64,000 bases of DNA, taken from assembly GCA_029212415.1 (NCBI GenBank), contig JARGOF010000008.1, positions 87,521-151,520 on the forward strand. Direction: 5' to 3'. Positions 49,645 to 59,600 of this stretch are shown here, in pieces. This DNA comes from Rhizobiaceae bacterium. GTDB taxonomy: Bacteria; Pseudomonadota; Alphaproteobacteria; Rhizobiales; Rhizobiaceae. The notes under the pieces are model-generated. The model saw only the letters and a list, made by a program, of their open reading frames with translations. It was not told the DNA's origin and did no database searches. The stretch's first letter is position 1. Each line of letters opens with the position of its first letter. Position numbers and translations under genes: made by a program.

Positions 49645-50958
49645 TCACGGGGCCTCGAGTGGCACCAAAATCATGTCGCCATTCAGATCGACTTGCGCCG
49701 TGGCTGCAGGAGCGGATTCGGGGGTTTCGGGACCACGGTGAAACAAAAAGCCAATAAACAAAACAAACGGAAAGGCTATGCCTAGCGTGCGTAGCGGGTA
49801 ATCAACCAGCGAATGGACGAGAACAAACAGAATGGCGAGTGTCGCCGCCTTGTGCAATGGCCAGCGCAGCGTCTGCCCTACCCGCCAGGCAAACAGGCCG
49901 ATAAATACGACAATCAACAGGGCGGCAATGAGCCCCCCTTCGAAAACAAGCTCCAGATAGTCGTTATGTGCATGATTGACATAGGTCTGGAAAATCATTT
50001 CGGGCTTCTCATAGGCCGGGTAACCGGTGAGGAAATTGCCATAGCCGATGCCAAATGGCAGATTATCACGGATACCGTCCAGCGTCGTATAGGCAAATTC
50101 CAGACGCCCGTAGCCAAGATTTACCTGCTCAACCTGCAGCCGTGCCCAGACGCCCACAGAATATATGCCGAGTATGATGGAACCGCCGAGGATCGACAGA
50201 ATGCCGATCTGGCTGCGCTGAAACAGAATAATGACACTGAGAACTGTCATGGCAAAGCCGATCAGAACACCCGCAGTCGACCCCGCTGCCAGCAGGATGA
50301 GCAGCGCCGAGACTATGTAAGCTGTCAGGACGATCAGACGATTGGTCTCGATGAAATAGACGAAAGCAAACGGGATCGAGATGAAAACCAGATCGGAGAA
50401 ATGATTGACGTTGATGAAGAACCCCGCCTTGAGGTCATAGGAGAAGATATCGGTGACTATGGCGCGCCCTGTATAGGAGTACTGTATCAAGCCCGCAGTC
50501 ATATTCAGGACGACACCTGCAAGGAAATAGGGAATCAGGCCATAGGCCTGTTCGAAACGTAATTTGAGCACAGCGGTGAGAAACAGGCACAGGGTCATAA
50601 ACCAGACGGCAACTTCAACACTGCGACTGACACCCAGGCTGAGTGTCAGTGGATCAAGTCCGGGAAGCGGCATGGTTTCGGGCAGAATGCCCTGTGTCGA
50701 ACGCGTCAGACCAGAGGAAATGGGCAAGAGTTGAACGAGGATAGCAAGGCCTGCCGCCGCCATGAACCAGAAAACCCGGCGGTCGATTGCTCGGTCCATA
50801 TGTCGAAGGCAGACGACAGTCGATGTAAAGATGGCAAGCAACAGAATGCCGGTGTCCGTCGACAGGCCAGTCGTCGTGCCACCACCAAAGACCAACGCAA
50901 CCAGAAGCGTTATGCCCAGAAAATATTTATCTACATTAGAACCCACTGCCGCTTTCAT
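49645..50958 (-). CDS. O-antigen ligase / O-oligosaccharyltransferase-like membrane protein
   Basis: Many TM helices; GFFINVNHF, R in the large loop, GIGYGNF, HAHNDYLE, HSLVDYPLR. Confidence 0.85.
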   Translation of the reverse strand: MKAAVGSNVDKYFLGITLLVALVFGGGTTTGLSTDTGILLLAIFTSTVVCLRHMDRAIDRRVFWFMAAAGLAILVQLLPISSGLTRSTQGILPETMPLPGLDPLTLSLGVSRSVEVAVWFMTLCLFLTAVLKLRFEQAYGLIPYFLAGVVLNMTAGLIQYSYTGRAIVTDIFSYDLKAGFFINVNHFSDLVFISIPFAFVYFIETNRLIVLTAYIVSALLILLAAGSTAGVLIGFAMTVLSVIILFQRSQIGILSILGGSIILGIYSVGVWARLQVEQVNLGYGRLEFAYTTLDGIRDNLPFGIGYGNFLTGYPAYEKPEMIFQTYVNHAHNDYLELVFEGGLIAALLIVVFIGLFAWRVGQTLRWPLHKAATLAILFVLVHSLVDYPLRTLGIAFPFVLFIGFLFHRGPETPESAPAATAQVDLNGDMILVPLEAP

Positions 50959-52202
50959 AGACCGATATTCCTTAGCGCTACTTCATGTATCCGCATGGTG
51001 CCCGAATAGGGATAGCGGAAGCTTTCAGCGATCAGATCGGTGCCCATTTGCAGGCGCGTCATGCGGCAACTGCTGTCAGGCAGGTCAAATTCCGTCTGCA
51101 ACATTCTGTTGCGGTAGCTCCCCTCCGGGATATCAATGCGCGCAATCGCCTCCACTGGATTGATGCAGTCAATTTTCCAATAGAGGCCTCTGGGAGCCTT
51201 TAGATTGTATGCACTGGTTTCAGCACTCAGACGATATTTCCCGGCCGGAAGATAGATATATTGGCTTAAAGAAATATTTTTTACCGGTTTACCAAGGAAA
51301 CCGAGGGTCAGATTGCCGGCTGTACCGTCAGCATTGTTACCGACAATGCGTGAGATCCTCACGCCAGGGCGGTTTGCATAAGCCCAATCAAAGGGGCGCC
51401 CAGAGGGTTTCAGGACAAAATTACCGTTGAACACGTAACCGTTGTATCGCTGATCTTCCTCGTTCAGGGTCAGCAGAAAGAGCCGGTAGGCCTGGTCATA
51501 TTTCTTGTTGCGCAGAAGAGCTGACAATGTACCGGCAACTTCATTTGGACGACTGACATCGGTATCGCTGTTCAAATCCAGCTGCAGTCGGTAGGCCAGA
51601 TCCAGAGAGCTGACATCGCGGTTTAAAACGCTTAGGAACCGCCCACGCCATGGCGGCCCGGTTCGCAAGGTTGCAAGTGCTTCTTTGTAGCCTTCTGGGT
51701 CACGCAGCAAGGGCTGAATGATGACGGCGAAGGTGCTGAAATTGGAAGGCCAGCGACGAAACAGGATATCCAGTTTGGCCATTGCTTCAGCGTAGTCGCC
51801 ACCGATGATCGCAGTTGCCAAAGTGCGCTGCAGGGCAATCGCTTCCGTGCTGGAAACGGACAAGGCAGCATCATACAGTGCGTAAGCGTTTTTGGTTTCT
51901 TCGCGGGCGCGACGGATTTCTCCAAGAAGACCATAGGTCTGAGCATGGGAGGGCGCATAACGGATCGTCATTCGGGCAACTCTGTCTACATGCGCAAAAT
52001 CAACGTCGGAATCGGGTTGGATCAACCAATTGGCCAAAAAGCGATTGGCTGCTTCAGCATTAAACGGATTGAAAGAAAGCGCCTGCTGCGGCTGGGACTC
52101 GGCATAATAATTGCTAATTCCCGTTAAGGCGACCGCGCAAAAAGTCACCAGCGCGACGCATGCGAGCGCGAGTTGTTTCAATCGGATTGCTGCCATGGAC
52201 AT
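50955..52202 (-). CDS. Membrane-anchored TPR-like protein with C-terminal beta-sandwich (CBM-like) domain
   Basis: N-terminal TM, helical repeats, VFNGNF...PFDW motif, two Cys near the C-terminus; fold inferred by eye. Confidence 0.6.
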   Translation of the reverse strand: MSMAAIRLKQLALACVALVTFCAVALTGISNYYAESQPQQALSFNPFNAEAANRFLANWLIQPDSDVDFAHVDRVARMTIRYAPSHAQTYGLLGEIRRAREETKNAYALYDAALSVSSTEAIALQRTLATAIIGGDYAEAMAKLDILFRRWPSNFSTFAVIIQPLLRDPEGYKEALATLRTGPPWRGRFLSVLNRDVSSLDLAYRLQLDLNSDTDVSRPNEVAGTLSALLRNKKYDQAYRLFLLTLNEEDQRYNGYVFNGNFVLKPSGRPFDWAYANRPGVRISRIVGNNADGTAGNLTLGFLGKPVKNISLSQYIYLPAGKYRLSAETSAYNLKAPRGLYWKIDCINPVEAIARIDIPEGSYRNRMLQTEFDLPDSSCRMTRLQMGTDLIAESFRYPYSGTMRIHEVALRNIGL

Positions 52203-54483
52203 TGTTTTTTCCTGCAGTTGCAGCTGCGGCGTTTCCGCTTTCATCGCTCAAGGAGTAGTAACCCTCCGACATATACCGGTATGCATAGGCATATTCAAAC
52301 TTGTTGACGGCAAACTTCGACAGAGTTGCTCCAAAGACATTGGCACCTACACTTTTCAAACGTTTGAGAGCTGCTGCTGCACCTTTGCGAGACACCTGAT
52401 GGGCAGAAACAACCAGCAGGGTTCCTTCCACCAGACGGGCCAGAATTGGAGCATCCGAAATGCCGATCACGGGCGGACTGTCCAAGATAACGATATCATA
52501 ACGCTCGTTGCAGGCCTGAAGCAGGCGCGCCATCTTTGGCGAAGAGAGCAGATCCGGAGGATTGGGCGGGATTGTGCCTGCACTGACAAATGTCACGTTG
52601 GGAAAGCGCGTCGTTCGAAATATTTTCTTCAGATCGCCCTTCAGGACCGTATTTGTCAACAGATTGGAAAGGCCGACCACATTGTCAGTGCCAAATTTTG
52701 CATGGAGATTGGGCTTGCGCATATCCGCGTCAATCAGCAGGACCCGCAGGCCGAGCAAGGCAAAATCCTGGGCCAATTTGAAGGAGGTTGTCGATTTGCC
52801 TTCCGACGGCTCGGAACTTGTCACCAGCAGTGAGCGCGGATTGCCGTCGGTGCCAGTGAATTGCAGCGATGTGCGCAACGAGCGATAGGCCTCCGACAGG
52901 GCCGATTGCTGCTCATTCAATTGTTGGTCAATATTCCCGTCTTCCACCAGAGGCAGGATGCCCAACACGGGCAATTTCAATTCACTTTCGATCTGGTCCG
53001 GATTGGAGAAGGTGTTGTTGAGCAATTCGAGCAGATAGACGATGGCAGCAGCAAGGACCATGGAAAGCATGAGTGCAATGGCCAGATTGATCGACATGCG
53101 GGGAGAAAATGGACCGCCGGGTGGAACAGCAGCATCGGTAATCACCGTGCTTTCGCGTTTCAGCGCTGAACCAACCCCGACTTCGTTCAATTTACCGATA
53201 AGGCTTTCATATTGCGACCGATTGGAATCCACATCGCGTTTCAAGATCGTGTACTGAATATTCTTGTCCTGAAACGCGGACTGATCGGCTTCCAGTTCGG
53301 CAAGTTTGGTCCGCAGGTCCGCCTCTTTGGCTTTTGCCTCTTCATGCGAGATGCGGATGGAACTGGTGACAACCTTGACCGCCTCCTCAACCTGTTTTTC
53401 CAATTCCGTCATTTGGGCCTGAAGCTGCCTCATCTCCGGAAAATCAGGTTTCAGCAGTGAGCGCTTCTGTTGGTAGACGCCGCTCAATTCGGCGAGTCTC
53501 TCATTCAGTTTCTGGATGCCGGAACTCTCCAGAACCTGCGGCAGGCTGGCACCGCGGCCGGCCTCGATCTGCTGAACCAGACGACCTGTATCCAGCCGCT
53601 CCTGTACGGCCTTGGACAGGGCATTGTTGATATCTTGAATATTGGCTGCAATCAGCGACATTTCACTGCCGGTAACAGTGATGCCTTCCTGCTTGGCATA
53701 ATTGACCAGTGCCTTTTCCGAGTCCTGCAGCCGCTGCCTGATCTGCACCACCTGTTCCTGCATGAATTGGCGGGCAAGGTCCGAGGTTTCGCTGGTCTGG
53801 TCCACACCCTGGTCGATATAACTCGCGGCAATCTGGTTGGCAATCTGACTGGCAAAGAGCGGGCTCTGGTCGGTATAGGTAATGGCCAGAAGGCTGGTGT
53901 TCCTGATCAGATCGACAGAGAGGTTTGCAATCAAACGTCCCACGGCCATGCGTTCACGCTGTTCAGGCTCAAAATCCTCAATATTTTTACTGGTTTCATA
54001 GCCGAAGGCACGGGCAAAAATGTTGGACAGGGCAAATTGCGGCGCGGGAAATATAAATTTTGCATTGTCGGCAAGCCCCAATTCGAAAACCACACGCTGC
54101 GCAAGAGAACGGCTTTTCAGCTTCTCACGGGCAGTCTGATAAAGTCGCGAATCGGTGGATTGGGACATGAGTTCCAGATCCTGGAAGACCTTGGCTGCTG
54201 GCACCATGATTTCCATTTGGGCTGTTGCCCTGTATTGCGGTGTCTGCATCCAGGTGACCATGGTGCCGACCACAAGGCCAAGGCCCAGCAGTATCGCGAT
54301 CATCCAACGGTATTTGAGCAGGTACAGCAAAAGCGCCAGAGGATTTATGCCGTCATCGTCCTCCTCAAACGGCGTGCCATAGCCTTGTGCGTTATACCAG
54401 GGCGCATAGGGTGCCATCTCGCCTTGGGAGGGGTGCATCTGACCGGGAACAGGCGGTCTGCCCTGATTGGGGTTATTGAGCAT
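52114..54483 (-). CDS. Wzc/GumC polysaccharide co-polymerase with tyrosine autokinase
   Basis: Two TM helices, coiled coil, Walker A SEPSEGKST, DADMR, DSPP, Tyr-rich tail YAYAYRY..GYY. Confidence 0.94.
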   Translation of the reverse strand: MLNNPNQGRPPVPGQMHPSQGEMAPYAPWYNAQGYGTPFEEDDDGINPLALLLYLLKYRWMIAILLGLGLVVGTMVTWMQTPQYRATAQMEIMVPAAKVFQDLELMSQSTDSRLYQTAREKLKSRSLAQRVVFELGLADNAKFIFPAPQFALSNIFARAFGYETSKNIEDFEPEQRERMAVGRLIANLSVDLIRNTSLLAITYTDQSPLFASQIANQIAASYIDQGVDQTSETSDLARQFMQEQVVQIRQRLQDSEKALVNYAKQEGITVTGSEMSLIAANIQDINNALSKAVQERLDTGRLVQQIEAGRGASLPQVLESSGIQKLNERLAELSGVYQQKRSLLKPDFPEMRQLQAQMTELEKQVEEAVKVVTSSIRISHEEAKAKEADLRTKLAELEADQSAFQDKNIQYTILKRDVDSNRSQYESLIGKLNEVGVGSALKRESTVITDAAVPPGGPFSPRMSINLAIALMLSMVLAAAIVYLLELLNNTFSNPDQIESELKLPVLGILPLVEDGNIDQQLNEQQSALSEAYRSLRTSLQFTGTDGNPRSLLVTSSEPSEGKSTTSFKLAQDFALLGLRVLLIDADMRKPNLHAKFGTDNVVGLSNLLTNTVLKGDLKKIFRTTRFPNVTFVSAGTIPPNPPDLLSSPKMARLLQACNERYDIVILDSPPVIGISDAPILARLVEGTLLVVSAHQVSRKGAAAALKRLKSVGANVFGATLSKFAVNKFEYAYAYRYMSEGYYSLSDESGNAAAATAGKNNVHGSNPIETTRARMRRAGDFLRGRLNGN

Positions 54484-54546
54484 GACCGCCCCGTTTCCGA
54501 AGATCAGGCTGGTCAGGTTTCATGGATAGCATGCGAAGCGCCCTAA

Positions 54547-55341
54547 TCATGGCACCAATACCATTGTACTAGCGGCCAGACGCGTGACATCGAGCAGGTT
54601 GCGCATGGCAACCTTGGTGGCCGATGAAAAGACGACGATGACATCGCCACCGTATATCAACGGGTCTGGTCTTTTACCGGAACGAATGCTGCCGACGTGG
54701 TAATTTGCGACAAGTTGCTGCTCGCCATATTTGCGGTAGACATAGACTTTGGATTGATCGGCAATTCGCGTCAAACCACCGGCCTGAGAGACGACCGCGA
54801 GAAGCGAGGATTCTGCCGTGACCGGATAAATACCTGTCTTGGCAACCTCGCCATTGACCACAACGCGCTGGCCGATGGATTCCTTGACGAAAACACTGAC
54901 TTCGGGAGACTGAAGATATTTCTGGCCATATTTGGCTTCAATTTTCTTTGCCAGTTCACTGACGGAATTTCCGGCAGCTTCGATCTGTCCGATCAATGGC
55001 AAAGCGATGTAGCCAAGGGAATCGACCTGAACAACACGGTCCAGTTCATCCACCTGAAAAACGTCGACCTGAAGCACGTCATTCTTGGCAATTTGCTGGG
55101 ATGCGCCGTCTTCGCCCGTCGGCGGCGGCGGCAGTTCCTTGACGACACGAAGTCCGCCGGCGCTGGCACCCGGGATTGCGGCTGTTTGCATGCTGCTGGT
55201 CGTTTGCGATTGGCCAACGCCAGGCCCACCATTGGTATCAACACAGGCACTGATGCCAAAACATAGCAACACAAGAAAAAACAATCGCCCGATCCGGTCG
55301 GCGAAATGGTGCGGGGACAAAAGCTGGGACAGGGGGCTCAA
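54547..55341 (-). CDS. Wza/GumB polysaccharide export lipoprotein
   Basis: Lipobox ISAC, Poly_export and SLBB-like motifs; TTG 55341 overlaps the phosphatase stop (alternative start 55371). Confidence 0.9.
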   Translation of the reverse strand: MSPLSQLLSPHHFADRIGRLFFLVLLCFGISACVDTNGGPGVGQSQTTSSMQTAAIPGASAGGLRVVKELPPPPTGEDGASQQIAKNDVLQVDVFQVDELDRVVQVDSLGYIALPLIGQIEAAGNSVSELAKKIEAKYGQKYLQSPEVSVFVKESIGQRVVVNGEVAKTGIYPVTAESSLLAVVSQAGGLTRIADQSKVYVYRKYGEQQLVANYHVGSIRSGKRPDPLIYGGDVIVVFSSATKVAMRNLLDVTRLAASTMVLVP

Positions 55342-56144
55342 TGCATGTCCTTTCGCATCAATTTCTTCCAAAGACTTTGGCTTTCCTTTTTTCGCGCAAC
55401 GGTAACCCTGTTCCGCTGGCCTTGAGGCACAATCGATTCATCGGCCAGAATCTGCGCCGGTCTGGTCATGACCATGGCTATGGCCTGCGCTTCACCCAAC
55501 CGTTCAGCAACCGAATCACGGGCGGCGGAAAGAATGGGAGGGCGCCCACTGACATTATGTGCATCGCTGGCAAGAATGTCTACACGCCCCTCATCCAGCA
55601 GCCTTTCGGCATAATAGAGCGCCGTCTTGCCAAATGCACCGGTGATCGAGCCCGCCGTGATCTGCAACAGACAACCGATCTGATTGAGCCGCTCGATCGT
55701 GTCATAATGATGTTCAAGCCAGGTCAGGCGCTCCGGGTGGGTTAGAATCGGCACATAGCCGGCATCAACCAGCTGTGTCGCCAAGTCTTCGATGCGCGGC
55801 GGCAGGACGCGATGGGTTGGCTCGAACAGGAAATAGCGTGTGCTGTTCAACGTGGGGATATGACCGGCATCCAGCGAGGATAGAAGGTCCGGTGCGATAT
55901 GCACGTCGGCCCCCAGAACCAGGCGCAAATCCAGTTCTTCCTGCTCGAGCTTCATCTGCAAAGACTGCATTGCGCTGCCAATCGATTGAGCGGTATTGGC
56001 CCAAAGACCAGGAATAATGTGGGGTGTGCAGGCCATGCAACTAATGCCATCGCCCACGGCCATTCGCGCCATCTTCAAGGATTCCCGGAGGTCTGTCGCA
56101 CCGTCGTCAATGGCAGGCAGGATGTGGCTATGAAGATCGATCAT
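55338..56144 (-). CDS. CpsB/CapC-family PHP protein-tyrosine phosphatase
   Basis: MIDLHSHILP.IDDG, TPH, THPER, ASDAH. Confidence 0.93.
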   Translation of the reverse strand: MIDLHSHILPAIDDGATDLRESLKMARMAVGDGISCMACTPHIIPGLWANTAQSIGSAMQSLQMKLEQEELDLRLVLGADVHIAPDLLSSLDAGHIPTLNSTRYFLFEPTHRVLPPRIEDLATQLVDAGYVPILTHPERLTWLEHHYDTIERLNQIGCLLQITAGSITGAFGKTALYYAERLLDEGRVDILASDAHNVSGRPPILSAARDSVAERLGEAQAIAMVMTRPAQILADESIVPQGQRNRVTVARKKESQSLWKKLMRKDMH

Positions 56145-56234
56145 GGTTCAAAAAGCAATCAACTGCCCTGCTCCAGGCAAAACCAATTGAAGCTCCGCCA
56201 GGATCCGGCAGGCTGTGCGTCGGCAGCAGCCACT

Positions 56235-56987
56235 TCAATCTGATACGGAATCCTCTCCACCAGACAGGGCAAGCGCTACAATCCCACCCACACCAGCAAG
56301 CCCCAGAACAACAAGCGCGACAGAATTATCGTCATCATCCTCAGTTTGCGCAGTGTTGGGAGCGGCATTTGGAGTCGTGCCATTGTTGGCGGGCACAGGG
56401 TCGTTCGGAGCGGCATGAACAGCTCTGGCAGTATCCAAGGTCGTTGCCCCAGTGGTTGGCGACGTGGGCAGAGGAACATTGCGGCCTCCACGGACGGCTG
56501 TGTCCGGCACAGGCGGAGATACCACGACCCCCGACCGCGTCACATCCCCCAGAATAAATGGGTCAGCAAAGGCGGATGTGGCTTCCAAGGGAGCAAGCTC
56601 TACGTCGGCCGTCGTTGTCTGATCAAGGACGCGGACGCAAATCTTCGCATCGACGGGATCGAGCACAACATCCTGGTTCGCGCTGACCTGCAGAGGGCAC
56701 TTATCGCCAAGAGAAAGAGAGGCGGATGACCGCGGACCCACGATAATGCGGCTTCCGCCGCTCAACATGGCTCCCACTTTCGAATCGGAAAAGCCGGTTG
56801 CACCGGAGACCTGCACACGGCCATCAACAGCAACGATGGATCCAACAGGCTGCCCGGATACACTGGCAGGCACAAGGCAGCTGCAATCATCCAGTGATTG
56901 CGACTGCGCAAAGGCATTCACGGGCATGAAATTCAACGCGGTAACCACGGCAAGACCATGTATTGACACAGTTTTCAACACATTCAT
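56235..56987 (-). CDS. Secreted hypothetical protein: Cys-containing beta domain, Pro/Thr/Ala-rich linker, C-terminal TM anchor
   Basis: Signal peptide ending AFA-Q, four Cys, low-complexity linker, DDDDN-TM-GGEDSVSD tail. Confidence 0.75.
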   Translation of the reverse strand: MNVLKTVSIHGLAVVTALNFMPVNAFAQSQSLDDCSCLVPASVSGQPVGSIVAVDGRVQVSGATGFSDSKVGAMLSGGSRIIVGPRSSASLSLGDKCPLQVSANQDVVLDPVDAKICVRVLDQTTTADVELAPLEATSAFADPFILGDVTRSGVVVSPPVPDTAVRGGRNVPLPTSPTTGATTLDTARAVHAAPNDPVPANNGTTPNAAPNTAQTEDDDDNSVALVVLGLAGVGGIVALALSGGEDSVSD

Positions 56988-57459
56988 GAAAATTCTCCGA
57001 TTTCGCCACCCAACATGCAGACCGACATAAAGTAAAACGTTTCAATAAAGCCTGCATTCAAATTTCATACTGCACTTCATATCACACAAAACATTAATGA
57101 CACATTCATCTTAAAGTAGCAACTGTTACTTAGCCTCTTTGGTGCAACAAATCCGGGCGAAAATCAACCCCCTGTTTGGGGTATCTCCGTAACGCACGCA
57201 GAGATAAATTTGTTATTAACCCCCTATATTTCCGGACTTGTGAGGGTTCAATTCGCATATTTTTCGTACAGCCGAAGCGGCATCGCGAAAAGCCTCCCGC
57301 CATGGCCATTGCATGTGCGGGCGAGAATAATATACTTTAAATATTTCCGTGAACGGCGAAGTAATTGTGGGGATTGTCACTTCAAAATAACGTGCGGTTG
57401 TGGCTACATTATGACGAGACCCTGTTTTCGTTGCTTATCAACAGTCGGCGCTGCTGGAT

Positions 57460-57816
57460 TTATCGGGGCTTGGCAATCTCCAGAAGGCCAATTGCCAGAC
57501 GACGCATGAGCAACCCCACCAAGGCACCCGCGCCCGTGCCCACAACATCCGCGTAAAAATCAGGCCAAGCACCCTGACGGCCAAAGATTGGCTGGATCAT
57601 TTCGATGCCACCGCCAAACAGGACCGCGAAAGGCAGCAACCATTTCAATGCGCGCGGGTAGAGAATGGCGCTCGGCAGTGTCAAGGCAATAAAGCCGATC
57701 AGATGACCGGTCTTGTCCGTACCCGGCATGGCGATGGGAAGCTGTGTGTGGGACAAGGCCAGGCATGCAATAACAAGAGCCGCAATCGCAGTCGATGCGA
57801 ATGCGATGCCTTTCAT
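57460..57816 (-). CDS. VanZ-like membrane protein
   Basis: DKTGH, GIEMIQ..GR, DFYAD..G. Confidence 0.85.
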   Translation of the reverse strand: MKGIAFASTAIAALVIACLALSHTQLPIAMPGTDKTGHLIGFIALTLPSAILYPRALKWLLPFAVLFGGGIEMIQPIFGRQGAWPDFYADVVGTGAGALVGLLMRRLAIGLLEIAKPR

Positions 57817-57873
57817 GGTCCTGGTCGGCGCTCGAAGGTCGGCGATAGCAGCTCACTTTGCAGCGGATCGGTC

Positions 57874-58749
57874 TCAATGGCCTTCGGACAGATCCTTGAG
57901 ATAACGACCGTAATCGTTTTTGTTGAAAAGGTCTGCCCTCAGCTTGAGTTGTTCTTTGGATATGAAACCCATGTGACAGGCAATTTCATCGGGCGAGCCA
58001 ACCTGCTGGCCCTGACGCATGGTCAGAGTGCGCACGAAGTTTGCAGCGTCAAGCATGCTGCTATGGGTGCCCGTATCAAGCCAGGCGTAACCGCGGCCCA
58101 TTGTTTCGACATTGAGTGACCCCTCTTCGAGATACAACGAAAGCAGATCGGTGATCTCAAGCTCGCCGCGCGCCGACGGTTTGACCCGCGCCGCAAAATC
58201 CGGCGCGCGCCCGTCAAGGAAATAGAGCCCGGTCACGGCGTAATTGGATGGCGGCGTGACTGGTTTCTCAATGAGTTCGCTGACCCGCCCCTGTTCATCG
58301 AAGCCGACAACGCCATAGCGTTCCGGGTCGGAAACACGATAGCCGAACACGGTTCCGCCGACCTGCCTTGCATCGGCAATCGCCAGTTGTTCCGGCAGCC
58401 CGTGACCAAAGAAGATATTGTCGCCCAGGACCATTGCCGAGGGTGCGCCATCAAGAAATTCCCGCGCCAGCAGGTAGGCCTGGGCAAGGCCGTCAGGAGA
58501 GGGTTGAATGATATAGTGGAACGAGACGCCCCACTGACTACCGTCTCCGAGAACGCGCACGAATTGCGGCTGATCTTCCACGGTGGTGATGATGGCTATT
58601 TCACGAATACCGGCATGCATCAGCACGCTCAGCGGATAATATATCATCGGTTTGTCGTAGACCGGCAGGAGCTGTTTCGACACACCGATTGTGATGGGGT
58701 AGAGGCGGGTGCCGGAACCGCCCGCAAGAATGATCCCTTTTCGCTTCAT
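57874..58749 (-). CDS. rmlA: Glucose-1-phosphate thymidylyltransferase
   Basis: [28 protein letters not shown]. Confidence 0.97.
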   Translation of the reverse strand: MKRKGIILAGGSGTRLYPITIGVSKQLLPVYDKPMIYYPLSVLMHAGIREIAIITTVEDQPQFVRVLGDGSQWGVSFHYIIQPSPDGLAQAYLLAREFLDGAPSAMVLGDNIFFGHGLPEQLAIADARQVGGTVFGYRVSDPERYGVVGFDEQGRVSELIEKPVTPPSNYAVTGLYFLDGRAPDFAARVKPSARGELEITDLLSLYLEEGSLNVETMGRGYAWLDTGTHSSMLDAANFVRTLTMRQGQQVGSPDEIACHMGFISKEQLKLRADLFNKNDYGRYLKDLSEGH

Positions 58750-59600
58750 GGCATCGCATCCATTTCCTTGAGTACTTTGGTAATCCCGTCTCTCCAGTCT
58801 GGCCGTTGCAAACCGAAAACAGTCTCTGTCCGGCTGCAATCCAGCCGCGAATTCATGGGTCGGCGCGCCGGGGTCGGATAGTCCGCAGTGGCAATATCGG
58901 CGACTGTTGTCGGGCACCCTGCCTGCGCAAAAATTTTCCGGGCAAAATCAGCCCAACTGACGTCGGGAGCGGCTGAAAAATGATAGGTACCTGACAGACC
59001 CCGGTCCGAACCCAATTGCCTGCCGATTTCAAGGACCGCCCGGGCCAAATCAGACGCAGGTGTTGGCCCGCCGATCTGATCGGCAACCACACGCAGCGTG
59101 TCATGCGTTTCTGCCAGGCGCAACATTGTCTTTAGAAAATTACTGCCGTGCGCCGAGAAAACCCATGAGGTGCGCAAAATGGCATAGGCGCCGCCTGCGG
59201 CGCGCACGCCATCTTCGCCGGCCAGTTTGCTGCGCCCGTAGGCGCTGATCGGCCCGACAGGTGCATCCGCAGGCCAGGGCGTCTTGCCGGAGCCATCGAA
59301 GACATAGTCCGTCGAGATATGAACAAATGCCGCTCCGATCCGGCGCGCAGCCGCGGCCATTGCCGACGGCGACGCGCCGTTGATCAGCGTGGTAATGTCC
59401 TCTTCGCTCTCCGCACGATCGACTGCGGTGTAGGCTGCTGCGTTGATCACAATCTTCGCCCCACTTTCGGCGATCAGGCGGGCACAGGCAGCAGGCTGGG
59501 CAAGATCGGCTTCCTCGCGTCCGACGAAGCGTGCTTCCGGCGCGATCCGGGCAAGTTCCGATGCCACCTGCCCCGTCCTGCCGAAGACAAGAACATTCAT
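58746..59600 (-). CDS. rmlD: dTDP-4-dehydrorhamnose reductase
   Basis: [28 protein letters not shown]. Confidence 0.96.
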   Translation of the reverse strand: MNVLVFGRTGQVASELARIAPEARFVGREEADLAQPAACARLIAESGAKIVINAAAYTAVDRAESEEDITTLINGASPSAMAAAARRIGAAFVHISTDYVFDGSGKTPWPADAPVGPISAYGRSKLAGEDGVRAAGGAYAILRTSWVFSAHGSNFLKTMLRLAETHDTLRVVADQIGGPTPASDLARAVLEIGRQLGSDRGLSGTYHFSAAPDVSWADFARKIFAQAGCPTTVADIATADYPTPARRPMNSRLDCSRTETVFGLQRPDWRDGITKVLKEMDAMP

